Below, piece by piece: positions 34,689-44,616 of a DNA stretch of 64,000 nt. Source of the DNA: an uncultured Eubacteriales bacterium (GTDB lineage Bacteria > Bacillota > Clostridia > Oscillospirales > CAG-382). The DNA is taken from assembly GCA_934446675.1 (NCBI GenBank), contig CAKSEL010000010.1, forward strand, positions 19,861 to 83,860, given 5' to 3'. Both the position numbers and the translations under genes were made by a program. Every line of letters starts with the position of its first letter. Position 1 is the stretch's first letter. A model generated the notes under the pieces. The model saw only the letters and a list, made by a program, of their open reading frames with translations. It did no database searches and was not told the DNA's origin.

Positions 34689-37241
34689 TTAATGACACTC
34701 GTCCCAGTTATATCCGTCCTTAACGTCAGCACAGAGCTTTACGCGTAGCTTTGCGGCGTTTTCCATTTCCTCTTTGAGAATAATTTTCGCGCGTTCCGCC
34801 TCGTTTTCGGGACATTCGAGAATAAGCTCGTCGTGAACCTGTAAAATGAGCTTTGATGACAGCTTTTCGGCTTTAAGACGGTTGTAAACGTTTATCATCG
34901 CGATTTTGATGATGTCCGCGGCAGTGCCCTGTATCGGCGCGTTCATCGCGACTCTTTCGCCGAACATTCTCTGCATGAACGCCTTGCTTTTGAGTTCGGG
35001 AATGTATCTTCTTCTGCCGTAAAGCGTCGTAACAAAGCCGTCGTCGCGGGCTTTCTGCTTTTCTCCGTCGAGATAAGCTTTTATGCCGGGATATTTTTCA
35101 AAGTAGGTTGCAATATACTGCGCAGCCTCTTTTTTTGTGACCTTTATATCGCCTGCAAGAGAAAAGTCGCTTATGCCGTAGATAATTCCGAAGTTTACGG
35201 CTTTCGCTTTCTTTCGCATTTCGGGCGTAACTTTGTCTTTCGGAACTCCGAACACGTGAGAGGCGGTGGAGGTGTGAATGTCCGCGCCGCTTTCAAAGGC
35301 GGAGCACATATTGTCGTCGTCCGAGATTGCCGCCATTATGCGAAGCTCTATCTGCGAGTAGTCAGCGTCAACAAGAACGTGACCCTCTTTCGGGATAAAC
35401 ACTTTTCTGAATTCCCTGCCCTCTTTTGTGCGCACGGGAATGTTCTGAAGGTTGGGATCGGCGCTTGAAAGACGTCCGGTAAGAGTGAGCGCCTGTTTGA
35501 AGTTTGTGTGCAGCCTTCCGTCGGAGCTTACCGCCTTTAAAAGACCGTCGGCATATGTGCTTTTGAGCTTTGCGACAAGACGGTACTCGGTGATCTCGTC
35601 GATTATGGGACTGTACGGGCGCAGCTTTTCAAGAGTGTCGGCGTCCGTTGAGTAACCGCTCTTGGTCTTTTTGCCGTGCGGCAGCAGCATTTTTTCAAAC
35701 AGGACCTCGGAGAGCTGCTTGGGCGAGTTGATGTTGAACTCGGTCCCGGCTATTTCGTATATTTCATTTTCGCGTTTTTGCTGAGCGTCGGACAGCAGAC
35801 TGCCGTATTCCGACAGTTTTTTGCGGTCTATTAAAAATCCCGTTTTTTCCATGTCGGCAAGCACAAACGAAAGCGGAAATTCAATGTTATAAAGCAGATC
35901 ATGCTGACCGTTTTTCTCTATGGTTTCGGAAAGCTCCTCTTTGAGTTTAAGGATCGCCGTAACTTCGAGAGTTTTTCTTGTGCGTGTGTCGTTTATGTCG
36001 GCGCCGGCGCTGCCGTAGACCGTGCACAGACGTTCTTCAGTTATTACGCCTGACGGATCGGCAACGTAGGACGCAAGCATTACGTCAAAAATTTCGGCTT
36101 TTACGCTGTCAAGGCTTATTCCGATTGAATCGAGATACAAAAGCTTTGATTTAAGGTCGTGCAGCGCTATATTGTTGTTAGCACGGCAGAATATCTTTTC
36201 GAGATTGTCTTTTGTGAGAGGGAGATCAAATATCTTGCCGCCGTCCGTCTTTATATATATAATAGAATCGGTTTCGTCGTATGCAAAGGAAAAGACGGTT
36301 TCGCCTATTTCGGAAAAGTCGGAAACATCGGTAATCTCGGGAAAGAGCGGCAAGGTTTCGGTTTTTTCCGCCGAACCGGATTCGCGCAAAGAGAGCCTGT
36401 CGATTACGGAATTAAGCTCCAGATCTTCGCAGAGATCCAAAAGTTCTTTTTTTTGTATTCCGTGATATTCAAGGTCTGAAAGCGACACGCCTATCGGTGC
36501 GTCAAGCTTGATTTCGGCTAAAAATCTGCTTTCAAACGCGCTGTCCCTGCCGTCGGTGAGCTTTGCCTTTACTGCTTTTGTAATGAGGTCGGTGCTTTCA
36601 AGATTTTCGTAGAGATTTTCGAGCGTGCCGAACTTTTTGACAAGATCGACGGCGGTTTTTTCGCCTATTCCGCGCACGCCCGGAATATTATCTGACGTAT
36701 CGCCCATGAGAGCTTTGACTTGTATCAGCTGTTTGGGCAGAAGTCCGTATTTTTGTTCTATGAGCGCGGTGTCGGTAAGAATAGTCTCTTTTGTGGAAAC
36801 GTATCTTACGAAAACGTTTTGATTTATAAGCTGATACGAGTCGCGGTCGCCGGTTACGATATAGACCTGAGTGCCGTCATCGGCAAAAGAGCTTAGCGTG
36901 CCGAGAATATCGTCAGCCTCAAAGCCTTCGCAGGTTATTGTGTGAAGTCCGAGAAAAGCGGCGGCTTTTTTTGCGTCCTCAAACTGTTCCGCAAGCTCCG
37001 GCGGCATACCCGTGCGGTTGGCTTTATAGTAGGAACACGCTTTATGGCGGAACGTCGGGCTTTTCAGGTCGAACGCTATTGCCGCATAGTCCGGCTTTAC
37101 TTCGCTTATTTCGCGGTTAAGCATATTTATAAATCCGTACACCGCGTTAGTGTTTCTGCCGTCTCTTGTAGTCAGCGGCTTTACGCCGTAAAATGCGCGG
37201 TTTACGAGGCTGTTGCCGTCTACGGCTAATACTTTGGACAC
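34689..37241 (-). CDS. polA: DNA polymerase I
   Basis: 850 aa with the 5'-nuclease N-terminus (LAVDGNSLVNRAFYG) and polymerase motifs DYSQIELRIMA and QVHDELILE. GTG start preceded by AAGAGGAACTCCCT. Confidence 0.96.
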   Translation of the reverse strand: MSKVLAVDGNSLVNRAFYGVKPLTTRDGRNTNAVYGFINMLNREISEVKPDYAAIAFDLKSPTFRHKACSYYKANRTGMPPELAEQFEDAKKAAAFLGLHTITCEGFEADDILGTLSSFADDGTQVYIVTGDRDSYQLINQNVFVRYVSTKETILTDTALIEQKYGLLPKQLIQVKALMGDTSDNIPGVRGIGEKTAVDLVKKFGTLENLYENLESTDLITKAVKAKLTDGRDSAFESRFLAEIKLDAPIGVSLSDLEYHGIQKKELLDLCEDLELNSVIDRLSLRESGSAEKTETLPLFPEITDVSDFSEIGETVFSFAYDETDSIIYIKTDGGKIFDLPLTKDNLEKIFCRANNNIALHDLKSKLLYLDSIGISLDSVKAEIFDVMLASYVADPSGVITEERLCTVYGSAGADINDTRTRKTLEVTAILKLKEELSETIEKNGQHDLLYNIEFPLSFVLADMEKTGFLIDRKKLSEYGSLLSDAQQKRENEIYEIAGTEFNINSPKQLSEVLFEKMLLPHGKKTKSGYSTDADTLEKLRPYSPIIDEITEYRLVAKLKSTYADGLLKAVSSDGRLHTNFKQALTLTGRLSSADPNLQNIPVRTKEGREFRKVFIPKEGHVLVDADYSQIELRIMAAISDDDNMCSAFESGADIHTSTASHVFGVPKDKVTPEMRKKAKAVNFGIIYGISDFSLAGDIKVTKKEAAQYIATYFEKYPGIKAYLDGEKQKARDDGFVTTLYGRRRYIPELKSKAFMQRMFGERVAMNAPIQGTAADIIKIAMINVYNRLKAEKLSSKLILQVHDELILECPENEAERAKIILKEEMENAAKLRVKLCADVKDGYNWDECH

Positions 37242-37640
37242 AGGGAGTTCCTCTTTTCTTCTTCTTTTCTTTGATTTATGTTGGGCTTGTTTTCTTTTGT
37301 TTTGGGCGGAAATTGGTTAGTCACTGCCATGTGCAAGCGTATACCTCCGCTTTTCGGAATCGAAAAGACGGGCAAAAGATTTTCGCGGCTCAAACGCCGC
37401 CGCGAAAGCGTGGCTTTATTTTCCACACAAAATTGTATCGTCGGAAAAACATCTTCGCGCCCCCGAAGTCTGCAATCTTCGCTCGCAGACGCTCCGCGCT
37501 GCTCGATATGGGGTTCTGTACAAAGCTAAACTATTTCGGGGAAAGTGTTATTTTTTATATACTCATGCAGTCAACAGGACACACTTTTACGACCAGCTCG
37601 CTGTCGCGAGATGACTACGGCTGAATTTTACTTTTGTGTT
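37242..37640 (-). repeat. Mosaic repeat copy 10a: 5'-truncated copy in minus orientation, 3' end at the polA start
   Basis: On the reverse strand: hairpin C (GACA loop) 37597-37610, D allele b, S3, E hairpin, F hairpin 37350-37367, Z core, then SD and the polA GTG. Confidence 0.9.
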
Positions 37641-37680
37641 TGGTAAACTAAACTTGCAAGTTCGCTCTAAAACGTAATAT

Positions 37681-38156
37681 ACCGCACCAAATTGCACTCA
37701 CAAAGACGTGACACGGCAGAAAAACAGTATTATGTCAACCAAGTCATTGCTAAGAAACCAACCCCATCGAGCAGTGCGAAGCATCTGCGAGCGATTTTGC
37801 CGTAGGTTATGTGGACGCACCGTAGTAACAAGTGGTCACTTTGGAAAAAGCGTTTGAGGGGTAAAAAGTCATGTTTAGGGCAAAATCCTCCACGTAGCCA
37901 CGCTTTCGCGGCGGCGTTTGAGCCGCGAACGGCTTTTGTTTACGCTCTTTAGAGTGCAACTTTTTCGCCGTCGAAAAGTTGGAGAATAGAGCTGCACATG
38001 GAAGTGGATTATCTTTTTAGCCCCAAATAAGCAACACTCAGCCAACCGCAGAACATCTTTCAGCTTTTCGATTCCGAAAAGCGTCGGTATAAAGTTGCAC
38101 TTTGAAGAAAATTCCCCGTTTCCGCCCAAATCGACCTCAAAATATCTTCAATCTTC
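37681..38156 (+). repeat. Mosaic repeat copy 10b: 5'-truncated copy in plus orientation
   Basis: Starts in module V, then D allele b, S2, E, F-variant hairpin 37957-37981, Z, and a second F+Z. It ends at the stop codon (38157-38159) of the minus-strand HD gene. Confidence 0.9.
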
Positions 38157-38744
38157 TCAGTTCAGCGAATCCAGCGACATTTCAAACGCACCTGCAAAGT
38201 GCTCCATAAAATACTTAAGCTCCGGACATGACTGCATGTGCTCGTCAAGCGCGCGTTTGGTTGAGTTGAGAGCGTCGCGGAACTCGGAGTTTCCGTTTTT
38301 GTACTCGTCAACGCATTTGAGATACGCGCATAGCTTGTCCGCAGCCTTTACAATGCGCTTTAAGTCGGCGCTTTGCTCAAATTCAAGAATTTCTGCATAG
38401 TTTTCTTTCAGATCTTCCGGAAGTTTTGACAGCGCGTTCTCCACCGCGTTCTTTTCAAGCGATTTGTAACTTTCGCGTATGGTGTCGTTAAAATATTTGA
38501 CCGGCGTCGGCAGATCTCCCGTGAATATCTCGCTCATGTCGTGGTACAGGGCGCAGAGCGCGGTCTTTCCGCAGTCGTAATTCTTGCCGAATACAGTGTT
38601 GCCTATCTCGGCAAGCGCGTGCGCAAGCATGGAACACTGTGCGCTGTGCTCAAGTAAGTTTTCGCTCGTGAGATTTCTCATAAGTCCCCAGCGGTTTATG
38701 TATTTCATTCTGAATGCAAGCGCAAAAAATGAGTAGTTTTCCAT
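38157..38744 (-). CDS. HD-domain 5'-deoxynucleotidase (YfbR-like)
   Basis: EHSAQCSMLAHAL and LYHDMSEIFTGDLPTPVK HD motifs. 195 aa. Confidence 0.88.
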   Translation of the reverse strand: MENYSFFALAFRMKYINRWGLMRNLTSENLLEHSAQCSMLAHALAEIGNTVFGKNYDCGKTALCALYHDMSEIFTGDLPTPVKYFNDTIRESYKSLEKNAVENALSKLPEDLKENYAEILEFEQSADLKRIVKAADKLCAYLKCVDEYKNGNSEFRDALNSTKRALDEHMQSCPELKYFMEHFAGAFEMSLDSLN

Positions 38745-38769
38745 TACTTCCTCCGGAATTATTATTAAT

Positions 38770-38831
38770 AATGCGCATAGCGCATTTCATTGCGTAAGCA
38801 CCATGCCGACAGGCAATTCATTGCGTTAGCA
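38770..38831. promoter_or_regulatory. Operator-like palindrome plus 15-bp direct repeat in a divergent promoter region
   Basis: AATGCGC-ATA-GCGCATT (38770-38786). TTCATTGCGTAAGCA (38786-38800) is repeated as TTCATTGCGTTAGCA (38817-38831). Confidence 0.4.
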
Positions 38832-39053
38832 TAATTATATCATAAACCATACCCGAAAACAACACGAAAACCGAAAATTTTACACCGCACGGAGCGCCGC
38901 GGCGGCAAAAAACAAAAATAATATGTTAATTTACATAAATTGATATTTACTTAACGGGAAAATAAGTGTATAATTATACTGATATTTTATATTGCTGGAG
39001 TGTGCCCCGATAAGAACGCACGCAAAAAACTCCGCAAAAAGGAAAGGCGAAAC

Positions 39054-39572
39054 ATGAAAAAGAAAACCTGTCTTGCGATATTTGCAATAACCGCCGCCTG
39101 TATTTTTCTCTCGTCCTGTTCGTCGGGAAACGATCCCAAAGAGGGATTTAAAGTCCTGTCGGACGCGAGCTGCGATTTTGCGCTCCGGATACCTTCGGAC
39201 TGGAATATTTCCTATACCGACAGTATGCTTGCCGCAAACGATCCGGACGATAACGCAAACGTCACCGCGTACAGCTTTGACACTGCGGAAAAAACCGGCG
39301 CCGACGATTATTGGGAGCAGTATCTCGAAAATCTCGAAACGCTGTTCAAAATAACCGTAAACAAGACCGAGGAAACCACACTTTCGGGCGTCATAGCGCG
39401 CCATGTGTTCTATACCGTGGATAACGGAAAGGACAGCTTTAACTGCGAGGCTGTAATCTGTTCGAGAGACTACTATTCAATGTATATCATTACCCTTACT
39501 GCGTCTGTCGATACATACGAAAGCCACACCGAGGACTTTAAGAATATAATTTCGTCCTTCAGTTTTAAGTGA
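39054..39572 (+). CDS. Lipoprotein, function unknown
   Basis: MKKKTCLAIFAITAACIFLSSC is a signal peptide with lipobox LSSC. The ORF-track start at 39000 is upstream, but ATG 39054 follows GGAAAGG. Confidence 0.75.
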   Translation: MKKKTCLAIFAITAACIFLSSCSSGNDPKEGFKVLSDASCDFALRIPSDWNISYTDSMLAANDPDDNANVTAYSFDTAEKTGADDYWEQYLENLETLFKITVNKTEETTLSGVIARHVFYTVDNGKDSFNCEAVICSRDYYSMYIITLTASVDTYESHTEDFKNIISSFSFK

Positions 39573-39597
39573 TAATAACGAAAGAGGTTAAATAATA

Positions 39598-42417
39598 ATG
39601 TCAATAATTTCAAAGATATTCGGCACAAGAAGCGAAAGAGAAGTAAAAAAGTTAAACGATACCATAGATAAAATAGAGGCTCTTGACGAAAAGTTTTCCG
39701 CAATGAGCGAAAAAGAGCTCCGCGGAATGACGGCGGTTCTCAAGGCAAGACTTGCGTCGGGCGAAACGCTTGACGATATACTTCCCGAGGCGTTTGCAAC
39801 CGTAAGAGAGGCTGCTTGGAGAGTTCTCGAAATGAAACACTTTCGCGTTCAGCTCATAGGCGGTATGATACTCCATGAGGGCAGAATTGCCGAGATGAAG
39901 ACCGGTGAAGGAAAGACGCTTGTCGCGACACTTCCGGCATACCTTAACGCGCTTAACGGCAAAGGCGTCCATGTCGTCACGGTAAACGATTACCTTGCGC
40001 GCCGCGACAGCGAATGGATGGGAAAGGTATATAACTATCTCGGACTTTCCGTCGGACTTATAGTTCACGGCATAACCCAGGAGCAGAGAAAAGCCGCATA
40101 TAACGCGGATATTACCTACGGAACAAACAACGAGTTCGGATTTGACTATCTGAGAGACAATATGGCAGTAACAAAGCGCGGCGTCGTTCAGAGAGGTCAT
40201 GCATTTGCCATAGTTGACGAGGTTGACTCTATACTCATAGACGAGGCGAGAACTCCGCTTATCATTTCGGGCGAGGGCGACGCGTCCTCCGAGATGTACG
40301 AAAAGGCGGACAGATTTGCCGCGACTCTTACTCCGCATATAATCAAGGAGCTTGACAATAAAGAGGAGCAGGACGACATTTCTGGCGATTATATCGTCGA
40401 TGAAAAGAAAAAGACCGTCGTTCTTACCGCAGAGGGCGTAAAGAAAGCCGAAAAGTATTTCGGAGTAAATAACCTTTCGGATACCGAGAATATTCAGCTT
40501 TCAAACCATATCAACCTTGCAATAAGAGCGCGCGGAAGCATGAAACGCGACGTAGATTATGTTGTCAAGGACGGCGAAGTGCTTATAGTAGACGCGTTCA
40601 CCGGAAGAATAATGCTCGGCAGACGTTTTTCCAACGGACTTCATCAGGCTATCGAGGCAAAAGAGGGCGTAAAGATAAAGAACGAGTCCAAAACGCTTGC
40701 CACAATTACATTCCAGAACTTCTTTAGACTTTACACCAAACTTTCCGGTATGACGGGTACCGCGCTTACCGAGGAGGACGAGTTCAGAGAAATATATAAC
40801 CTTGACGTCGTTGAAATTCCGACCAACCGTCCCATGATAAGAAAAGACCTTCCCGACGTCGTTTACAGAACGAAAAAGGGCAAGTACGACGCGATAGTAA
40901 AGCAGATAAAGGAATGTCACGAAAAGGGACAGCCCGTGCTTGTGGGTACGGCGTCCATCGAGATGAGCGAGGTTCTTTCGGCAATACTCAAGAAAAACGG
41001 TATTTCCCATACCGTGCTCAACGCAAAGTTCCATGAGAAGGAAGCCGAGATAGTCGCACAGGCAGGTAAGCTCGGAGCCGTTACCATTTCCACCAACATG
41101 GCGGGACGCGGTACGGATATCATGCTCGGAGGAAACGCCGAGTACCTTGCAAAGAACGAGATGAAGAAGAACGGCTGCGAACCCGAACAGATAAGCGCCG
41201 CAACCAGCTATTACGAAACCGACGACGAAGAAATTTTAAATCTCAGAAAGACGTATTCCGAGCTTTATAGAAAGTTTAAGGACGAGATAGCGCCCGAAGC
41301 AAAGCAGGTTGCCGAAGCCGGAGGACTTTTCATACTCGGCACGGAACGTCATGAAAGCCGCCGTATAGATAACCAGTTAAGAGGCCGTGCCGGACGTCAG
41401 GGAGACCCCGGTTCGTCGAGATTTTTCCTTTCGCTTGAGGACGATCTGCTCAGACTTTTCGGCAGCGAGAGAATAAGCGGCGTTGTCGCAAAGCTCGGAC
41501 TTGATGAGGATACGCCTATCGACGCCAAGATTCTTTCAAATACCATAGAAAACGCACAGAAACGCCTTGAGGAAATGAACTTCACAAGACGTAAGAACGT
41601 GCTTATGTACGACGACGTAATGAATAAGCAGAGAAGCCTTATTTATGAGCAGAGAAGCGAGGTTCTCAACGGCGACGATATTCACGAAAAGGTTGTTGGC
41701 ATGATAGACGAGTTCGTAAGAACCGCGTGCGAGAATTTCCTGTCGGGAGAGACGTATGAAGAATGGAATCTAGACGGACTGCGCGGCGCGCTTTACGGCG
41801 TTCTTACAAACGATGACGATTTCAGATTTACTCAGAGCGATTACGATAAGCTTACCGCCGAATCCCTTACAAACGACCTTGTAAAGAGAGCCGAGGATAA
41901 GTATGCCGAAAAGGAAAATATGTTCCCGGACGGAGCTTTGAGAGAGATAGAGAGAATCGTGCTGCTCAGAAACGTTGATAAATACTGGATAGAGCATATC
42001 GACGCAATGGAGGATCTCGAAGAAGGTATCGGACTGCGCGCATACGGTCAGAAAGATCCCGTAAACGAGTACAGATTCGAGTCGGCTAATATGTTTGACG
42101 AGATGATAGCCGGCGTTAAGGACGATACTGCGAAAATGCTGCTGTCGGTAGTGCCGGCGTCCAACGTAAAGCAGAGCGAAGCGCCCAAGAATATGTCCGA
42201 GGCGAGAAAAAATCCTCTTGCCGGAGCAATGAAAGCGCCCGCAGCGCGTGAAAACGTCTACGGCAGAGCCGCAAAGCCCGAAGCCGCAAAGACGCCTTAC
42301 AGAAAATCCGCAAGCGAAAATATAGGCAGAAACGATCCTTGTCCCTGCGGCAGCGGAAAGAAGTATAAGAAGTGCTGCGGCGCAGGTAAGTTCGATATAA
42401 ACGACGGCGAAGAATAA
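39598..42417 (+). CDS. secA: Preprotein translocase ATPase SecA
   Basis: 939 aa with Walker A KTGEGKTLVATLPAYLNAL and the C-terminal zinc motif RNDPCPCGSGKKYKKCCG. Confidence 0.97.
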   Translation: MSIISKIFGTRSEREVKKLNDTIDKIEALDEKFSAMSEKELRGMTAVLKARLASGETLDDILPEAFATVREAAWRVLEMKHFRVQLIGGMILHEGRIAEMKTGEGKTLVATLPAYLNALNGKGVHVVTVNDYLARRDSEWMGKVYNYLGLSVGLIVHGITQEQRKAAYNADITYGTNNEFGFDYLRDNMAVTKRGVVQRGHAFAIVDEVDSILIDEARTPLIISGEGDASSEMYEKADRFAATLTPHIIKELDNKEEQDDISGDYIVDEKKKTVVLTAEGVKKAEKYFGVNNLSDTENIQLSNHINLAIRARGSMKRDVDYVVKDGEVLIVDAFTGRIMLGRRFSNGLHQAIEAKEGVKIKNESKTLATITFQNFFRLYTKLSGMTGTALTEEDEFREIYNLDVVEIPTNRPMIRKDLPDVVYRTKKGKYDAIVKQIKECHEKGQPVLVGTASIEMSEVLSAILKKNGISHTVLNAKFHEKEAEIVAQAGKLGAVTISTNMAGRGTDIMLGGNAEYLAKNEMKKNGCEPEQISAATSYYETDDEEILNLRKTYSELYRKFKDEIAPEAKQVAEAGGLFILGTERHESRRIDNQLRGRAGRQGDPGSSRFFLSLEDDLLRLFGSERISGVVAKLGLDEDTPIDAKILSNTIENAQKRLEEMNFTRRKNVLMYDDVMNKQRSLIYEQRSEVLNGDDIHEKVVGMIDEFVRTACENFLSGETYEEWNLDGLRGALYGVLTNDDDFRFTQSDYDKLTAESLTNDLVKRAEDKYAEKENMFPDGALREIERIVLLRNVDKYWIEHIDAMEDLEEGIGLRAYGQKDPVNEYRFESANMFDEMIAGVKDDTAKMLLSVVPASNVKQSEAPKNMSEARKNPLAGAMKAPAARENVYGRAAKPEAAKTPYRKSASENIGRNDPCPCGSGKKYKKCCGAGKFDINDGEE

Positions 42418-42419
42418 AA

Positions 42420-43022
42420 ATGGGATTCGGACTGTTATTTCTCGGATTTCTGCTGTTTCTGTCGTTTAAAATATTTCCCGTCGGAGTAATCGGTGCGGCG
42501 CTTATGTATGCCGGACTTTCAAAGCTGTGTAAGTCCGCACCGTACTTTTCAAAGGTCAGAATACCGTGCGCCGTGTATTTTGTTTACAGCGTGCTGTTCG
42601 CCGTGCTCTGGACGTTTAATATTACAGGCGCGCTCGATGTTCTCGGCGACGGCGCAAAATTGCTCTGGATCGTTGACGACGCAGTTTATACGGTTATATT
42701 CTGCATACTCTGCGATTTTCTCTTTAAAGCGCTAAAACGTATTTGTGAACAGGTCGGCTTTGATAAGGGCGTGAAAAAGTATAGACTTTGCCTTGCGTTC
42801 CTTGAGGTTTATGCTCTCGGCTCCGCAGTTAAGTTTGTGTGCTATCCTCTCGGATATTCCGCTTATGTTACCGCTCCTCTGCTTGTTGCCGAACTGCTTA
42901 CCGTTGTCTCCGCCGCTGCTTGGCTCTATTCCTGCTATATGATGATCGCTACTCAGGAAATTATCGACGACGAAACCGAAAAAATCCGCAAGTACGACAA
43001 GTTACACTCAAAAAAACGGTAG
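42420..43022 (+). CDS. Multi-pass membrane protein, unknown function
   Basis: 200 aa with ~5 hydrophobic helices. The N-terminal motif resembles that of the 44617 gene. Confidence 0.7.
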   Translation: MGFGLLFLGFLLFLSFKIFPVGVIGAALMYAGLSKLCKSAPYFSKVRIPCAVYFVYSVLFAVLWTFNITGALDVLGDGAKLLWIVDDAVYTVIFCILCDFLFKALKRICEQVGFDKGVKKYRLCLAFLEVYALGSAVKFVCYPLGYSAYVTAPLLVAELLTVVSAAAWLYSCYMMIATQEIIDDETEKIRKYDKLHSKKR

Positions 43023-43399
43023 GGGTACGAAGGAGTACGCGCCGAAGAATACGCGCTTTCTTTTTAAAAAGAAAGCTGCAAAGAAAACAATAGCCCTTAA
43101 TTTAGAAAAAGGCTACGGGATACTCTGTGCCGCCAGCTTGTGCCGTCAGCCACCAAAAGTCGGGCGGCTGACTCAAATCTAAGCAGGTGCGTGAGTAAAC
43201 TATGGAAATTATGTGCTGACGGTGACTTTGGAAAGTGAAACTCTTTTGTCATTTATCCTCGCAGAGGACTTTTTCGATTCCGAAAAGTGAGTGTAGAAAG
43301 CTGCAAGCAGAAGTGAATTTCCCGTTTCCGCCAAAAATTAAGATATATTTCTCAAATTTTTAAGATACATTTTTCCCAAAAAAGAAAGGAAGAGTCCCG
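43023..43399 (+). repeat. Mosaic intergenic repeat, copy 11 (377 bp, internal deletion)
   Basis: A palindrome 43055-43076, hairpin B allele iii 43145-43172, and the 5' half of P3, joined directly to the linker TCATTTATCCTCGCAGAGG plus one F+Z unit. It ends GAAAGGAAGAGTCCCG just before ATG 43400. Confidence 0.92.
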
Positions 43400-43792
43400 A
43401 TGCTAAAGGTAGGAATAATCGGAAATGAGCAAATGATAGTCAGCCGCAGTAACAGCGCGGCGGAAAACGGCGGAACGCTTGAAGTGTTCTCCACTCCGTC
43501 AATGTGCGCCCTCATGGAGGCTGCGGCAGCGTCAAGCGTAAATAAACTTCTCGATAACGGACTTACGACAGTCGGCGTGTCAATGAACATTAAACATACC
43601 TCTCCGACTGCTCTCGGAATGACGGTTTATTGCGAAAGTACGCTTACGGAGCTTGACGGAAAAAGACTTGTGTTTAAAATAACCGCGTTCGACCGTACCG
43701 GAGTTATCGGCACGGCAGTGCATGAACGCATGATAGTCGACGCTAAAAGCTTTATGGAAAAAGCCGCGGCAAAAAGAGATGTCAGATTATGA
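43400..43792 (+). CDS. Hotdog-fold thioesterase-family protein
   Basis: 130 aa. The segment NGGTLEVFSTPSMCALMEAAA resembles the FlK/YiiD-type thioesterase N-terminal motif by eye. Confidence 0.7.
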   Translation: MLKVGIIGNEQMIVSRSNSAAENGGTLEVFSTPSMCALMEAAAASSVNKLLDNGLTTVGVSMNIKHTSPTALGMTVYCESTLTELDGKRLVFKITAFDRTGVIGTAVHERMIVDAKSFMEKAAAKRDVRL

Positions 43793-44598
43793 AACAAAAG
43801 GAAAAGAAAAATAAAGTAAAGATACATAATAAAAAGACTAAAAAGCAGAAACTCATTATCGGTGCGTGCGCCGTTGCTTTGTGCCTTGCGGTAATGGCTG
43901 TTGCGGGAGCGCTTATAGATAATTCAAAAAAGAATGACCCGTCGCTGCTTCCCGTCGTGCAGACCGAGGACGATTACCTTACAAAGTCGTTTCGTAATTA
44001 TTACCCGACGGATTTTGACGCCGATATTATGTCCGATGAAGAATATACCGCGCTTGACAGACAGGTAAAATATACCGATTCTTCGGGAAGTACATATTCG
44101 CTTGAAGATGTTTCCGAAAGTAATCTAAATGAGGGACAGCGTTTTTTCAAAGCTTATTTCGATACCGTAATTTCGGGCAGCTATGAAGAATATCCCGGTA
44201 TGTTCTCCGAAAGCTATAAAAACGATACGCCCGGATTTGAAAAATACGTGGATAGAGTTTTTCCTCCGCAGAGAGTCTATAATATAACCGTAAAGGAAAT
44301 CGCAAGGACTGATGTAGACGATACGTCTTATACGTATGACGGAAAGCCGTGCGTGTTCGGATTTTATGAAGTTGAGTTTATGATTCTGAAGAATGACGGC
44401 TGTTTCAGACGCGATCTTCCGGAAAATGCGTCGCGTCCGCTTATATTCGAGCTTGTGACGTTTGACGCAGGCACGGAAAATGAGAAAACATATATTAAAA
44501 ACCTCTATACGCCGTCGAGCCTTGTGAATAATGCGGATAATAGCGCCGCAGATGACGGCACAGATGCGGACGGCGCGGATAACGCGGAAAATAATTAA
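43789..44598 (+). CDS. Membrane-anchored hypothetical protein
   Basis: 269 aa with a basic N-terminus, one TM helix (LIIGACAVALCLAVMAVAGALI) and an acidic low-complexity C-terminus. It overlaps the upstream stop by 4 nt. Confidence 0.7.
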   Translation: MKQKEKKNKVKIHNKKTKKQKLIIGACAVALCLAVMAVAGALIDNSKKNDPSLLPVVQTEDDYLTKSFRNYYPTDFDADIMSDEEYTALDRQVKYTDSSGSTYSLEDVSESNLNEGQRFFKAYFDTVISGSYEEYPGMFSESYKNDTPGFEKYVDRVFPPQRVYNITVKEIARTDVDDTSYTYDGKPCVFGFYEVEFMILKNDGCFRRDLPENASRPLIFELVTFDAGTENEKTYIKNLYTPSSLVNNADNSAADDGTDADGADNAENN

Positions 44599-44616
44599 AT
44601 TTTTGAGAGGATAAAA

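Noticed and set aside
37242-38156. A group II intron or retroelement remnant, suggested by the 5'-truncated copies.
   Set aside because: No domain V/VI-like sequence, no intron-encoded protein or reverse transcriptase ORF, and no exon-binding context. The idea is kept only as a mechanistic hint in the findings.
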